Assembly (NCBI GenBank): GCA_032128875.1
Contig: JAVLKG010000019.1
Coordinates: 1-59,757, forward strand
Length of the DNA: 59,757 bases
Reading direction: 5' to 3'
Source of the DNA: Candidatus Melainabacteria bacterium 17Bon1m
GTDB lineage: Bacteria > Cyanobacteriota > Vampirovibrionia > Obscuribacterales > Obscuribacteraceae
Positions 46,945-57,469 of this stretch are shown piece after piece. Numbering within the stretch: position 1 is the stretch's first letter; every line of letters starts with the position of its first letter. A program made the position numbers and the translations under genes. The notes below the pieces were generated by a model. That model did no database searches, was not told where the DNA came from, and saw nothing but the letters and a program-made list of their open reading frames with translations.

Positions 46945-48027
46945 TTAGTTATAGTCTTCCGCGCGGATGCCGGCATTACAAAAGGCATCGCTCAATGTGG
47001 AAAGCGATTTCGCCGGTGGCAGATATTGCTGGTAGTTGCGCTCTTCGTAAAAACGAGTTGAAGATGAGTTTCTGCCCCGCCCTGCCGAAGCCGCTCTACG
47101 TGCACTGCGCCCGCCGCCACCGAAGTGATTGCGATGACGATTTTGTCCGCCACGATTCTCGCGTTCTGTGAACTCAGCCGGACGAGCAGCGCGAGGAGGC
47201 TGATTCGCAAGACCCAAAGCGATTCTGTTGTTATCAAAATCAAGATCTAAAATCTCAACTTCGACCTTATCACCCGGTTCAAACACCTGCCCGCGCTCCA
47301 ATTCTGACCGATGCAAGAGACCGTCCACTCCGCCCAAATCAACAAACCATCCAAAGCCACCGAACGATTTGCTGATCGCCTCGTTGAGGACAATGCCTTC
47401 CACTGTGAGACCGACTGTCGCCGATTCCCAGAATGCTTTCGATTTGTGCTCTTTGATGCTTGCCTGGATGGAGCCGGTTGTGGGATTCGACGAGACAACA
47501 GTCGCAGTAACAGCTTCACCCACCTCCGGTCTGATTTTGCCGACCTCGCGAAACGGAATGTAAGCAGTAAGTCCCTCAAAAGTCTCCGCGCTTCCCGCTT
47601 CTCCCAACAGGAAACTCTCGCCGGAGATGTCCAGAATAAGTCCGCCACCGACCGTTCTCGCGATTTGCCCGTTTACAGTATCGCCCTTGCGAATCCGCTG
47701 CGCGCCTTTGATTTGCACAAGGTCTTTTAGAGACGCAACGAATTCAAACTTGCCGTTGCGGCGCACGACTTGCGTGATCAAAACGTCCGTCAGCGTTCCG
47801 GCGAGCGGAGCCTGCATATGACCCTTGTGCGAATTGGGAATGAAACCGCGCACGGGATGCGGAAGTTCGGCGGACTTCAGAAAGACTTCAATTCCACCCG
47901 CGTTCGGTCTGCCGATTTCAATGAGAACGGGACGGCGCTGATCAAGGCTGAAATAAAGGTGTTCAGCGACATTACCGGTAAAACGTTGACTGCTTTTTTG
48001 TTCATCGATTTTCGTATTTTTGTTCAT
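46945..48027 (-). CDS. Multi-S1-domain RNA-binding protein (bS1-like) with Arg/Gly-rich tail
   Basis: VRGFIPNSH, KGDTVNGQI, FGWFVDLGGVDGLLHRSEL..PGDKVEVEIL..D..NNRIALGL. Confidence 0.85.
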   Translation of the reverse strand: MNKNTKIDEQKSSQRFTGNVAEHLYFSLDQRRPVLIEIGRPNAGGIEVFLKSAELPHPVRGFIPNSHKGHMQAPLAGTLTDVLITQVVRRNGKFEFVASLKDLVQIKGAQRIRKGDTVNGQIARTVGGGLILDISGESFLLGEAGSAETFEGLTAYIPFREVGKIRPEVGEAVTATVVSSNPTTGSIQASIKEHKSKAFWESATVGLTVEGIVLNEAISKSFGGFGWFVDLGGVDGLLHRSELERGQVFEPGDKVEVEILDLDFDNNRIALGLANQPPRAARPAEFTERENRGGQNRHRNHFGGGGRSARRAASAGRGRNSSSTRFYEERNYQQYLPPAKSLSTLSDAFCNAGIRAEDYN

Positions 48028-48122
48028 AGATTTAAAAAATTGCACAAGCGGACCGCAGCCCGCTTGCGACTTGAATTAAGAAAAAGGGAGTGCTTTCCAC
48101 GCGCTGCGCTCGCAAACGCGCT

Positions 48123-49286
48123 TCAACCGGAATATTTCGAGCCAGGCCCGCCGGAGTCTGAAAGCACATGTTCAAGAAAACGATTCTGCGATTGCCGCAG
48201 CTGATAGGTGTTTCGCCCACGCTGAAAGACAACGAACAGAACTTGCCCGCGAGAAAGTGTGCTCATCTCGCCTACAAGCACGCTTGCACCATTGTCTGTT
48301 TGCTTCAAAGTCCCAGTCTTGCCGACCAGAACACCCTTCAACTCGCTTTCCGCAAAGCGTCTGTAAATCGTCCCATAGTCGATACCGGCAATCGGCAGAG
48401 CATCACTCAAGTTCAGCTTGTGGCCGGCGAGCAATTTTTTGAACCCACGCAGAGCGGCTATCATCGCTTTGGGACTGACGCGATTGACGCCTAATCCTGA
48501 AGACGTGGCAATGGATAAGGCATTGTCGGAGATGGCAAAATCAGTACGGCAAACGCGCGCGACAGCTTGCGTTCCACCGACCACTTCGCCGAAAATCGCA
48601 GCCATATCATTGTCCGAACGCGAAAGCATATCCTTTAGCAAAGCCAGAACCGTCGGGCTCTTCACCTCGGTCAAAAGTTCAGCTTCAGCAGGTGCGGCTT
48701 TTACTTGCGCAACTTTAAGCCTCACTGACAGGCCCGACGTGCGCAGTGCTCTCGCGCGCTTTTTCTTTGCACCGCCGAACAGCCCTTTCACTGCATTCGC
48801 TGATTTCTGCCCAGCGGCATTACCAGCGAATTTGAAATCGGGGCTGACGAAAAGTGAGGCGTCGACCGTCTTTACGCCTTTTGTTTTGAACGCAGCAAAG
48901 ACGGACTGCAAGCACACGACGTTGAAGAACGGGTCTTTGCCCTGGAAGTAGATGTCGCCTTCAAACGCGCCATCATGCGTCGAACCATCGAAGAGGACTT
49001 TGGTCTCGAACCTATAGTCCGGACCAAATTGTTTGATCGTCGCATAAGCGGTCAGAACCTTCACAGCTGACGCCGGATTGTATGCCGTGTCCGCGTTCTG
49101 TTCTTCAATTATTTGACCATCAACTTCCTCTACCAAAAATCCCTGCGAAGCTCGCATTAACTGCTCGTTCTTCGCCTCAATCGAGCTTGTAGATAGTCCC
49201 ATAGTTTTTGAATCGGCAGCAAAAGTGCCATCGGCGCAAAGCGTCCAGAGGGAAGCCATCGCAACAATCCAAGCAAGCATTTTCAT
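48123..49286 (-). CDS. dacB: D-Ala-D-Ala carboxypeptidase/endopeptidase, peptidase S13 (PBP4)
   Basis: Signal peptide; PASAVK (SxxK), SDN, LPIAGIDYGT, KTGTL. Confidence 0.9.
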   Translation of the reverse strand: MKMLAWIVAMASLWTLCADGTFAADSKTMGLSTSSIEAKNEQLMRASQGFLVEEVDGQIIEEQNADTAYNPASAVKVLTAYATIKQFGPDYRFETKVLFDGSTHDGAFEGDIYFQGKDPFFNVVCLQSVFAAFKTKGVKTVDASLFVSPDFKFAGNAAGQKSANAVKGLFGGAKKKRARALRTSGLSVRLKVAQVKAAPAEAELLTEVKSPTVLALLKDMLSRSDNDMAAIFGEVVGGTQAVARVCRTDFAISDNALSIATSSGLGVNRVSPKAMIAALRGFKKLLAGHKLNLSDALPIAGIDYGTIYRRFAESELKGVLVGKTGTLKQTDNGASVLVGEMSTLSRGQVLFVVFQRGRNTYQLRQSQNRFLEHVLSDSGGPGSKYSG

Positions 49287-49400
49287 TCAATTCACCTCCT
49301 TTGTTTTGCTGAAACTCGCCGGGAAAGAGCGATCAGCCACACGTGCGCGAACGCACAGCCATAGGCAGCCCACGCGGCTGCCTGTTGATGCTGACGCCAT

Positions 49401-49829
49401 CTACCGGATAGTTCGGAAGATAAACTCGAAAGCCAACCCCATCAAAAACATCGCAGGAAAGAAATCGAGACGAATCAATCCGTGAATGTTCCAGCGTGAT
49501 TTCAAATACTGCTCCTCAGAGGGCGAAGCGCCGAGAAGGAGCCGAAGCAGCCACATACCCACATACTCGAAAAGCCAGATTACTAAAGCGTAAACGACTC
49601 CTCGTGCGAGCAGCGGCAGAAGAAAGAGATAACCGCCTGCGTAGTGCAAAAACAACGGAGCACAGGCATAAAGCGGCGCGTACCACAGCGAGCTATAGCC
49701 CATCAGAAATCGCCGCTTCTCGCCTTTGAAATCAGTAATTGAAGTGAATAACACTTCAAATCCCAACCCCAAAACCGCAAACAGCGCCATCTCAAAGAAC
49801 AGCTGCGTAAAAGTTTCTGTATTGGTCAT
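49401..49829 (-). CDS. DUF1113-like membrane protein
   Basis: LG..FEV.FT, GYSSLW..PLY, RG..Y..IW.FEY..., NIHGLIRLD. Confidence 0.7.
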   Translation of the reverse strand: MTNTETFTQLFFEMALFAVLGLGFEVLFTSITDFKGEKRRFLMGYSSLWYAPLYACAPLFLHYAGGYLFLLPLLARGVVYALVIWLFEYVGMWLLRLLLGASPSEEQYLKSRWNIHGLIRLDFFPAMFLMGLAFEFIFRTIR

Positions 49830-50191
49830 ATTCGTATTGGCGTCCAGCGACATGGACAAATGCACCGCGCTTGAGCACAGGCAATTTAGCATTGAGAAAA
49901 TATGAAAGGTTGTTGTTTGGTGCGTTTGAGGGATAGACCAGTGAGAGGAAAGAGGGGGAAAGAAACACCTTCAAGCTAGCAAAAGCCAAAGCGCGGACCA
50001 ACAATAAAAATGAACGTCGTTGCGCGTCTCAGCCGCTGCATCCGTGAAATCCGCAGGCTTCAAGATTGAACATGCGTAACTAGTATTGCTACTGGCGGTT
50101 ATCTCCGCGTTTTCAATCAACGATGCGAGTGGGGAAACCTTTGCTCAGGTAAAGCAGTATTGTGAGCAGAGGATACTAGCGTCAATTTTCT

Positions 50192-50273
50192 GTAGGGGCG
50201 GCACAAATGCCGCCCGCGGACGACGCATGGCATCGCGCCTACAAATAAATGGGCGCATGCAATGCGCCCCCAC
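50192..50273. repeat. REP-like palindrome cluster
   Basis: gtaggggcggcacaaatgccgccc; ...gcgcctac; gggcgcatgcaatgcgcccc. Confidence 0.7.
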
Positions 50274-50374
50274 GCTAGCTCACAACCTTTCAGGCAGCAC
50301 CAAGTCAAGATGTTAAAATCCAGTACTAGATACCTTTTGGCGACCTCTCCACGTAAACTCACCAGGAGTGCCGA

Positions 50375-52267
50375 GTGAATCAGCAGACGAGATCGTCTCG
50401 GTTGCCACAGCTCAAGTTAGCGCACAAGGGCGTCATCATTGTTGTGTTGCCACTGCTCGTGCAGGCTGGCTGCTACCTCGAATTGAAGCGGCAAATGGCT
50501 GCCACAGAAGCGCAGGCGCAGAAAGCTGATGCTCGCCGAGATATTGTCACGCTAGTGAATTCGCTGCTGTTCAACGGTTTTGATTCCTTCAATGCGCTGG
50601 TCACATTCAATGCTTATGGTGGTGAGGATCGAAGCAGGTCGCGCGATGAGTACATTCAGCGCGTGAAATCGCAAGTGGGCGATTTAGCTAACCGGCTCGA
50701 GCGAGACGCGAAAGAACCCCAGACAGCAGAAACCTTGCGTGAATACGGACGCACTTACACGAGAGCTTTCGAGGCCTGGCACTCAAAAATCGATCGCGGC
50801 GACAATCAAGCATTCTCGCTCTTCATAGGCATCGAGGAGAACAATAAATTCAAGACCTCGGCACTCCGCTTCATGACGCTATTAAGAAAAATCGGTGAAG
50901 CGCAGCAAGCAAAACTAGCGCCAGAAAGTTCCACCGAACGCCAAACCCGCGCTGAGCTGCAACGCTCTATGGACGTTGCAGTGACGTTTAGCGCATTTAT
51001 AGCCATTTTACTGGGGATATTTTTCCTGCGCGGCACATTGAGTCATTTGCAAATCGTCAAATCCAACGCTGCAAGGTTCGCACACAAAGAGCTTTTACAC
51101 CCACCTTTGGATTTGAACGACGAAGTTGGAGAAGTAGATAAAGTCTTCCACGAGATGGCCAACGCGCTTACGGCCGCACAGGTCAAAGAGCACGAAATGC
51201 TCGACCAGTTGCAGGCTGGCAAAGACAGATTGGATCGAGTCATTGAAAACATTCCGCTGGCAGTTGTAGTAACTGACGAAAAGGGCATCATTCAAGCGTT
51301 CAACGCAACGGCAGAAAAGACGTTCCACTACCAACGCGACGACATCCAAGGCAAGCCGCTTACCATGCTATTCTCCGGCAGCGAAAAGAATGAAGGCGCA
51401 ACACAATTGCTGAATACACTGATCGCTGATGATACGGGCAAATCCTTGCAACTGGAGGCTGTTTCCGCAGAGAAAGAACTTATCCCTGTAGAAGTTTCGA
51501 CCACTCGATTCGACAGCCCTGAAGGCGTTCGCTACCTTGCGACCATAAAAGATATCAGCGAGCGATTCAGATTAGAGCAAATGAAACGCGACTTCTACGC
51601 GATGGTTAGCCACGATATCAGGACACCGCTTTCCTCGATAAACGGGATTCTGCAGCTTGTACAGCGTGGCAGGTACGGTGAAATTCCGGATGAGGTCGAT
51701 GAAAAACTCAACATAGCAGAGAAGAACGTGGACAAGCTCCTAGAGCTTGTTAGCAAACTTTTGGAAATTGAAAAACTCGAATCAGGCAATCTTGATTTCA
51801 GCATTTCGAGCGTCAAGTTAGACGGTCTAATCGCGCAGTCTATCGAGTCGACGGCTCAATTTGCAGAAGCTCACAAAGTCGAGCTGATTGCAAACAAGAC
51901 AGATTTAGCAGTCAACGCAGACTCTCTATACATGGGCAACGTCCTCACAAATCTGATATCGAATGCGATCAAGTTTTCACCCGAGAATTCCAAAGTCTCG
52001 ATCGAAACCAAAGACATGGGTGCGTTTGTCGAAATTTCCATTCTCGATCAAGGACCAGGCGTTCCACTTCGCATGCAGTCGCAAATCTTTGAAAAATACC
52101 GTCAGGCAAAGACGACCCGCGACAGAGCCAAAGGCTTTGGACTGGGTCTTGCCATTTGCAAATCAATCGTCGAGCTTCACGGCGGAACAATCGGCGTCGA
52201 GAGTTCGAATCAAGACGACAACGAGAATCCCGGCAGCCGATTCTGGTTTCGCCTACCGAAAGCGTAA
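50375..52267 (+). CDS. Membrane PAS/HAMP sensor histidine kinase
   Basis: 2 TMs, PAS, SHDIRTPL, NLISNAIKF, DQGPG, GFGLGL. Confidence 0.95.
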   Translation: MNQQTRSSRLPQLKLAHKGVIIVVLPLLVQAGCYLELKRQMAATEAQAQKADARRDIVTLVNSLLFNGFDSFNALVTFNAYGGEDRSRSRDEYIQRVKSQVGDLANRLERDAKEPQTAETLREYGRTYTRAFEAWHSKIDRGDNQAFSLFIGIEENNKFKTSALRFMTLLRKIGEAQQAKLAPESSTERQTRAELQRSMDVAVTFSAFIAILLGIFFLRGTLSHLQIVKSNAARFAHKELLHPPLDLNDEVGEVDKVFHEMANALTAAQVKEHEMLDQLQAGKDRLDRVIENIPLAVVVTDEKGIIQAFNATAEKTFHYQRDDIQGKPLTMLFSGSEKNEGATQLLNTLIADDTGKSLQLEAVSAEKELIPVEVSTTRFDSPEGVRYLATIKDISERFRLEQMKRDFYAMVSHDIRTPLSSINGILQLVQRGRYGEIPDEVDEKLNIAEKNVDKLLELVSKLLEIEKLESGNLDFSISSVKLDGLIAQSIESTAQFAEAHKVELIANKTDLAVNADSLYMGNVLTNLISNAIKFSPENSKVSIETKDMGAFVEISILDQGPGVPLRMQSQIFEKYRQAKTTRDRAKGFGLGLAICKSIVELHGGTIGVESSNQDDNENPGSRFWFRLPKA

Positions 52268-52276
52268 TCAATTAGC

Positions 52277-52350
52277 GTGAGGGCGCGTTGCACGCGCCCA
52301 AGAATCCAGCTTGAAACACCTCTAAAAGGGCGCGTGCAACGCGCCCCCAC
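52277..52350. repeat. Inverted REP-like doublet between convergent genes
   Basis: gggcgcgttgcacgcgccc and gggcgcgtgcaacgcgcccccac (reverse complement identical to 45546-45568). Confidence 0.85.
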
Positions 52351-52373
52351 AAAGATCTACGACTTGCCGACGA

Positions 52374-53444
52374 CTACGACTTGCCGGCTCCTACAGCTTG
52401 GTCCTGCTGAATGCCTTGGCTTTCTTGGGTGAACTTCTCGAACGAATCGACAATGCGCATGCGGAATGCTTCAACAGCCGAGATCTGCTTGCGGGCCTTG
52501 TCCGCAGCCGGAGTGCCGGGAGACTGTTTTGCAGCTTCGTTGTACAGACGCTTCAGCTCTTGATCAATGACTTTGTCGACCAAGTCGCAAGCGTCGTGGA
52601 TGTTCAGCCCATCAACATTTAAATGCGAAATTGCACTCGATGCTTCCGCAGCGGCGGGCGCTTCAGCCACATATCCAACAGCAACGTTCTCGCCTAATTT
52701 CGGCTCGCTGTGCTTGTGAGAATTGAACAACTCGTTCTCATCCATTGCACCGGATGCCACGCGAATCAAATCACCGAACATTTCCTTCGCTAGCGCCGGA
52801 AGCACAGACAAAGGCGCTTCTTCACCCTGAATCACCCAGTTCTTCTTACCGGAATTCGCGCCCGGCTCCGCCACCAGGAATGGTGGCACAGCATCGTCGC
52901 CATAAGTTCCGCTCTTAAATCCAATGGTCATCTCAACAGGGAAGATGTACATCGAGATTTTCTTGTCGTCGCCGCGGACAAACAAGCACCACTGACGGGT
53001 GGCCAGGCGGCCTAAGTATGTTTTTGTAACTGGGTTGTACCAAACCGTTTCATCCTTGGTCTCAACCAACTGAGGTCTTTCACAGGAGACCGAAAGTTTC
53101 GTACCAACAGCATTTTGATTAAACGTATATGTGAGACTGGCGAATTCTTGGAATAGCGCATCGATCCAGCGACGAGCGTCTTCAAAAGTATCGGCGGTTG
53201 CGACCTGAGCTTGCTTGTCTTCTTTCGGAACTGCCCCAACCTCTGCGCCTAATCCACGCAGCCATTTGCCGGTTTCGGCACCTCTGCGTTGCTTGAGATC
53301 GGTGAAAAGCTTTTGCGACTCGTCGGGAATCAATTCACGCAACATACTGGCAGCTTCGTGCTCCGATTGCTTATCAACCACGTCGGCACTCTTTCTGTCG
53401 ATTGCGAATTTTCCGGACACCCACAAGTCCCTAAATCGTGACAT
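52374..53444 (-). CDS. Hypothetical protein
   Basis: 356-aa ORF with GAGG SD, divergent from kinase. Confidence 0.8.
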   Translation of the reverse strand: MSRFRDLWVSGKFAIDRKSADVVDKQSEHEAASMLRELIPDESQKLFTDLKQRRGAETGKWLRGLGAEVGAVPKEDKQAQVATADTFEDARRWIDALFQEFASLTYTFNQNAVGTKLSVSCERPQLVETKDETVWYNPVTKTYLGRLATRQWCLFVRGDDKKISMYIFPVEMTIGFKSGTYGDDAVPPFLVAEPGANSGKKNWVIQGEEAPLSVLPALAKEMFGDLIRVASGAMDENELFNSHKHSEPKLGENVAVGYVAEAPAAAEASSAISHLNVDGLNIHDACDLVDKVIDQELKRLYNEAAKQSPGTPAADKARKQISAVEAFRMRIVDSFEKFTQESQGIQQDQAVGAGKS

Positions 53445-53526
53445 TTGCCAATTCCTCGTCTCATATGTTGAAGTCGCCGCTTTCTATGTATGATGATCAA
53501 GCGGAGCAGCGAGAATAGCATATACG

Positions 53527-55542
53527 ATGGCTGACAACACCCAAGCGATTAGATTCGAACGTAAATTCTGCCCGAAATGTCGCGGACAGTTCGAGCAAAT
53601 GGACACATGCCCTGACGACGGCACAGAGCTGCGCGGGCGGGACAATGACCCACTGGTCGGCAAGGTGTTCGCCGAGCGTTATACGATCACTTCGCTTCTT
53701 GGTTTCGGCGGCATGAGTGTCGTTTATAAGGCACAGCACAAGCTGATGGACAGGACAGTGGCGATAAAAATGCTGCACGCCGGCATCAAAGGCGACCCTG
53801 CTTCTTTGGAACGCTTTCGCCTAGAGGCACAAGCCGCCAGCTCTTTGAATCACCAGAACATCATTGCGGTTTACGACTTCGGCGTTACCCCGCAGAGCGA
53901 GGCTTTCTTTGTCATGGACTTCCTGGACGGGGAAAGTCTGGCAGACATGCTGGAGCGCAAGGGGCGCTTGCCATGGGAGCGGGCAGTCACGATTTTCAAG
54001 CAGATTTGCGACGGGTTGGGCGCTGCCCACCGCAAATCAATAGTCCACCGCGACCTCAAACCTGCCAACGTGGTGCTCATCAAGGACGAAGGCATTGAAA
54101 TCGTCAAACTCGTGGACTTCGGAATTGCCAAGCTGCTGCCCGGCGCCGGAAAACAGCAGCAACAATTGACGAAAACCGGCGAGATCTTCGGCAGTCCGAT
54201 TTACATGAGCCCCGAGCAGTGCCTGGGAAAAGAGCTGGACATTCGTTCGGACATTTACGCCCTCGGTTGCTTGATGTATGAGACGCTGACCGGACAGCCG
54301 CCACTGCTGGGCGAAACCTTCCTTGAGACATTGAACAAACATGTCGGTGAAAAGCCAAAGCCGATGAACGAAGTCGCTCCTGATGCGAACATTCCAGCCG
54401 AACTGGAGCAGATTATCTTCAAATGCATGGAAAAAGACCCGAAGGATCGCTTTCAAACGACCGAAGAAATCCGCGACCAGCTCACCGTTCTCTCGCTTTC
54501 CATCACCAATACCGGTGCGGGCCGGGCGGCGATAAGCGGCGCTATGGCAAAACCACCGGCCTCCGCTTGCCCCGAAACTCAAAAACTGTCGCGAGCGAAC
54601 AAAATTGGCAAGTTTGCACTCATTGGCTTTGCCGGAGCGTCACTTGCACTTATCGGCTTCACCGCCCTCTGGCCAGGACCGGCCGATGATAGAGGCACTC
54701 CGCTGAACAAACTGATGTGGCAGGTCGCTATTTCTAACGGACAGTCAGCGACTCAGTCCAGCAATTTTGAAAGCGCCGAAAGTTCATACACTCAAGCCGA
54801 GGGCATTGCGCGTGGCTTCGGTGACGGCCACGCTCGCCTGGAAGCGACATTGAAAGCAAAGGCAGACTTGTACACGAAATGGGAAGGGCACGCTCAAGCG
54901 CTTGAAAAAATGAACCTGGAGATTTCCAAAATTCAGGGCGATCGGCTTAAGGCTGAACTGGCGCAGCAAATGAAATCTATTGAAAAACTCGACAAAACCG
55001 CGTCGAGCTCACCGGTTGCGCAAACCAACGCCAAACTGCAAGCCGAAGCACAAGTGCCGAGCATCCTTGGAACTGTGGGTCGCCTTCAAGGACGCAAATT
55101 GTATTTCGAGCAGACCCAGCTTCTGGAGAAGGCTATTGCTATCTACAAAAAACTTCTCGACTCGGATTCAACATCGATTGCACGACTCGAGATGTCCCTA
55201 GCAGACGGATACATCGCGCTTTCGAAAATCAGTGAGGTGCGACCTTTGCTTTTGCATGTGTGCCAGGTTCGCGAAAAGAGACAAACAGAAGAACCCTCAG
55301 AGTATTTACATGCAGTTCTAAAACTTGGTCAATTCGATTTAGATCAGAGCAATCTCAAGCAGGCAGAACCGGAATTAGGCAAAGCTTTGAAGCTTTCCGA
55401 GAAAGCCACCGATCCGGATTTGCGACTTGTAACCATTCGCAGCTACGCAAACATGCTTATGCAGACCAATCGCAAAGCAGAAGCGCAGAAATATTTGAAC
55501 GAAGCCAACCAAATTGAAAAACGCTCGTCCGGGCTGCAGTGA
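53527..55542 (+). CDS. Membrane Ser/Thr protein kinase with N-terminal zinc ribbon and C-terminal TPR-like repeats
   Basis: CPKC..CPDDG, GFGGMS, HRDLKPAN, DFG, YMSPE, TM, TPR-like helices. Confidence 0.94.
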   Translation: MADNTQAIRFERKFCPKCRGQFEQMDTCPDDGTELRGRDNDPLVGKVFAERYTITSLLGFGGMSVVYKAQHKLMDRTVAIKMLHAGIKGDPASLERFRLEAQAASSLNHQNIIAVYDFGVTPQSEAFFVMDFLDGESLADMLERKGRLPWERAVTIFKQICDGLGAAHRKSIVHRDLKPANVVLIKDEGIEIVKLVDFGIAKLLPGAGKQQQQLTKTGEIFGSPIYMSPEQCLGKELDIRSDIYALGCLMYETLTGQPPLLGETFLETLNKHVGEKPKPMNEVAPDANIPAELEQIIFKCMEKDPKDRFQTTEEIRDQLTVLSLSITNTGAGRAAISGAMAKPPASACPETQKLSRANKIGKFALIGFAGASLALIGFTALWPGPADDRGTPLNKLMWQVAISNGQSATQSSNFESAESSYTQAEGIARGFGDGHARLEATLKAKADLYTKWEGHAQALEKMNLEISKIQGDRLKAELAQQMKSIEKLDKTASSSPVAQTNAKLQAEAQVPSILGTVGRLQGRKLYFEQTQLLEKAIAIYKKLLDSDSTSIARLEMSLADGYIALSKISEVRPLLLHVCQVREKRQTEEPSEYLHAVLKLGQFDLDQSNLKQAEPELGKALKLSEKATDPDLRLVTIRSYANMLMQTNRKAEAQKYLNEANQIEKRSSGLQ

Positions 55543-55549
55543 AGCGCGC

Positions 55550-56221
55550 TCATGGCTCTAGGCGATAGCCAAAACCGCGGACAGTTTGTATCAGAGGCGT
55601 TTCTGTATCGCGCTCAACTTTCTGTCGCAGACGCAAGATAGTTTGCCGCACGGTTTCAATCGATGCTTCTGAGTCGGTCGGCCAAACTCTGTCCAGCAAA
55701 TCATCTGCAGAAAAAACCTGTTTTGGGTGCAACATAAACAGCTGCAGCAAGGAAAACTCTTTCGGATAAAGCTTGAGTTCTGAGCCCGCCATTTTGACTG
55801 TGTGCTCAACGGGGTCCAATTCTATGTCACGCACCTGAATCGTCTTATAGCCGACCACAGGGGGGCGTCTGAGGATGGCTCTGACCCGCGACAACAACTC
55901 GCGCATGTCGAATGGCTTCGTCAGATAATCATCGGCGCCGGACTCGAGTCCGGTGACTTTATCGTTCATGTGGGACCGTCCGGTCAAGAAAAGCACGCCG
56001 CCTGTACCCTTATTGCGTCGGTATTCCAGACAGATGTCCAGTCCAGTGCCGTCCGGCAACTCCCAGTCGAGAACGAGCAGGTCATAGGTGACCGACTGCA
56101 CGTACGCATTCGCATCTTTCGTGCAATGCACAACATCGACCACATAGTGCGCATCTTGCAAAGCGCCGACCACCAGGGCGGCAAGCTCTTTGTCGTCTTC
56201 AACTACCAGCAGTTTCGCCAA
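55550..56221 (-). CDS. OmpR-family response regulator
   Basis: KLLVVEDD, LDWELPD, GADDYLTKPF, TVRGFGY; probable TTG start at 56221. Confidence 0.93.
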   Translation of the reverse strand: MAKLLVVEDDKELAALVVGALQDAHYVVDVVHCTKDANAYVQSVTYDLLVLDWELPDGTGLDICLEYRRNKGTGGVLFLTGRSHMNDKVTGLESGADDYLTKPFDMRELLSRVRAILRRPPVVGYKTIQVRDIELDPVEHTVKMAGSELKLYPKEFSLLQLFMLHPKQVFSADDLLDRVWPTDSEASIETVRQTILRLRQKVERDTETPLIQTVRGFGYRLEP

Positions 56222-56380
56222 AAGGATGCCCCGGACACTCGTCAGAAGAATTATAGACAAATTTGCTGAGCACTTAGGATTTTGTTTTGGGAATTCAAAA
56301 CCAGTTTGAAACTGAAAAACGCGACCTGGCTCTCGCCAAATCGCGTTTCCCATCGCATCCAAACTTTTGAACACCGCTGT

Positions 56381-57082
56381 TTATGCAGCTTGCCTTCGTC
56401 CGTAGTCTTCAACTAATTCGGCCACACTCTGGTAGAAGTTTTGAATTGCTTTTCCAGGCTGTGGACGCGGCTTGAAAACAGGTGACTCACGATAATTGCG
56501 CATCGATTCTGCATACTGCAAAAACTGGTCATCAAGTTCACTCTTATCAGCAGGCGTCATACTGTTTCGTACCTGCTTGCAGATGTTCTGCTCTGCATCA
56601 CGCAGCATTTGATCCCGCTTTCCGATTAGTGGATAGTCAGCCAGATCCGGCGCCTCGGCACCCCAGCCGAGCCCCGTGCGCAGGCTCTCCATTTGTTTTT
56701 TATGAAACTCCTTTTCTTGTTTTGCAAGCTCCAGTCTCTCAACCGGAGACAACTTGCTTTCCACCGCTTTCTTCAAGCGATCGTTGACAGTATCACTTTG
56801 GCCAAACATCTCTTTAATGTCTTCCCAGAATTTACCAAACTTGGTTTCTGCGCGCGACGGAGCCCCTTGATCGAAGGCAAGAACTTCAGGGCTGGTAAAA
56901 CCAAGTTTTGACCAAATGCTCTCCATAGCGGTTTTGTAAGCTGGTAAACGATCGCCAGTCGCGACGGGATCAAAGTTTTTCTCTGAGAGTACGCCGGCGC
57001 GCGCATGATCAGCCCAGGCAGCGGCGTGTATGTTCGTGTATGACTCGGGTGAAGTGCCATAGCTGGCATTAAGAACAGACAT
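56381..57082 (-). CDS. Hypothetical protein
   Basis: 233-aa ORF with GGAG SD. Confidence 0.7.
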   Translation of the reverse strand: MSVLNASYGTSPESYTNIHAAAWADHARAGVLSEKNFDPVATGDRLPAYKTAMESIWSKLGFTSPEVLAFDQGAPSRAETKFGKFWEDIKEMFGQSDTVNDRLKKAVESKLSPVERLELAKQEKEFHKKQMESLRTGLGWGAEAPDLADYPLIGKRDQMLRDAEQNICKQVRNSMTPADKSELDDQFLQYAESMRNYRESPVFKPRPQPGKAIQNFYQSVAELVEDYGRRQAA

Positions 57083-57469
57083 CGGGGTGTCTCCTCCAGG
57101 GGCAAAGAGGACGCGTCAGCGGAAGGCGTTCGCGCCGCAGGTCGGTTGAATTAGTAAGTTGCTCGACGTTTTTATCTTACGTCGCAATTCTGATCATTTC
57201 CTGAGGAACGCCTGTTGTTGGTTGTGGAAATTTGGCGTTGGTCTAGGATTGCTTCAGGCTCGTTCCGCGGGCAAGGCGGTGAGCTTTCGGCTTGATGGAA
57301 CCGTCTGCGGAAGACTTAGGTACCATCGGATCAAATTGACAGAGGGGCGCAAATGCGCACGATAAATATAAAGTCTGATTGTGGCCGCAACGTGACAATA
57401 CCGATCAAATTCAAATTCTCGCCCTTCATAGGCAATCGAAGCTTCTTTTAGATACTGAGACTCTCGCAG

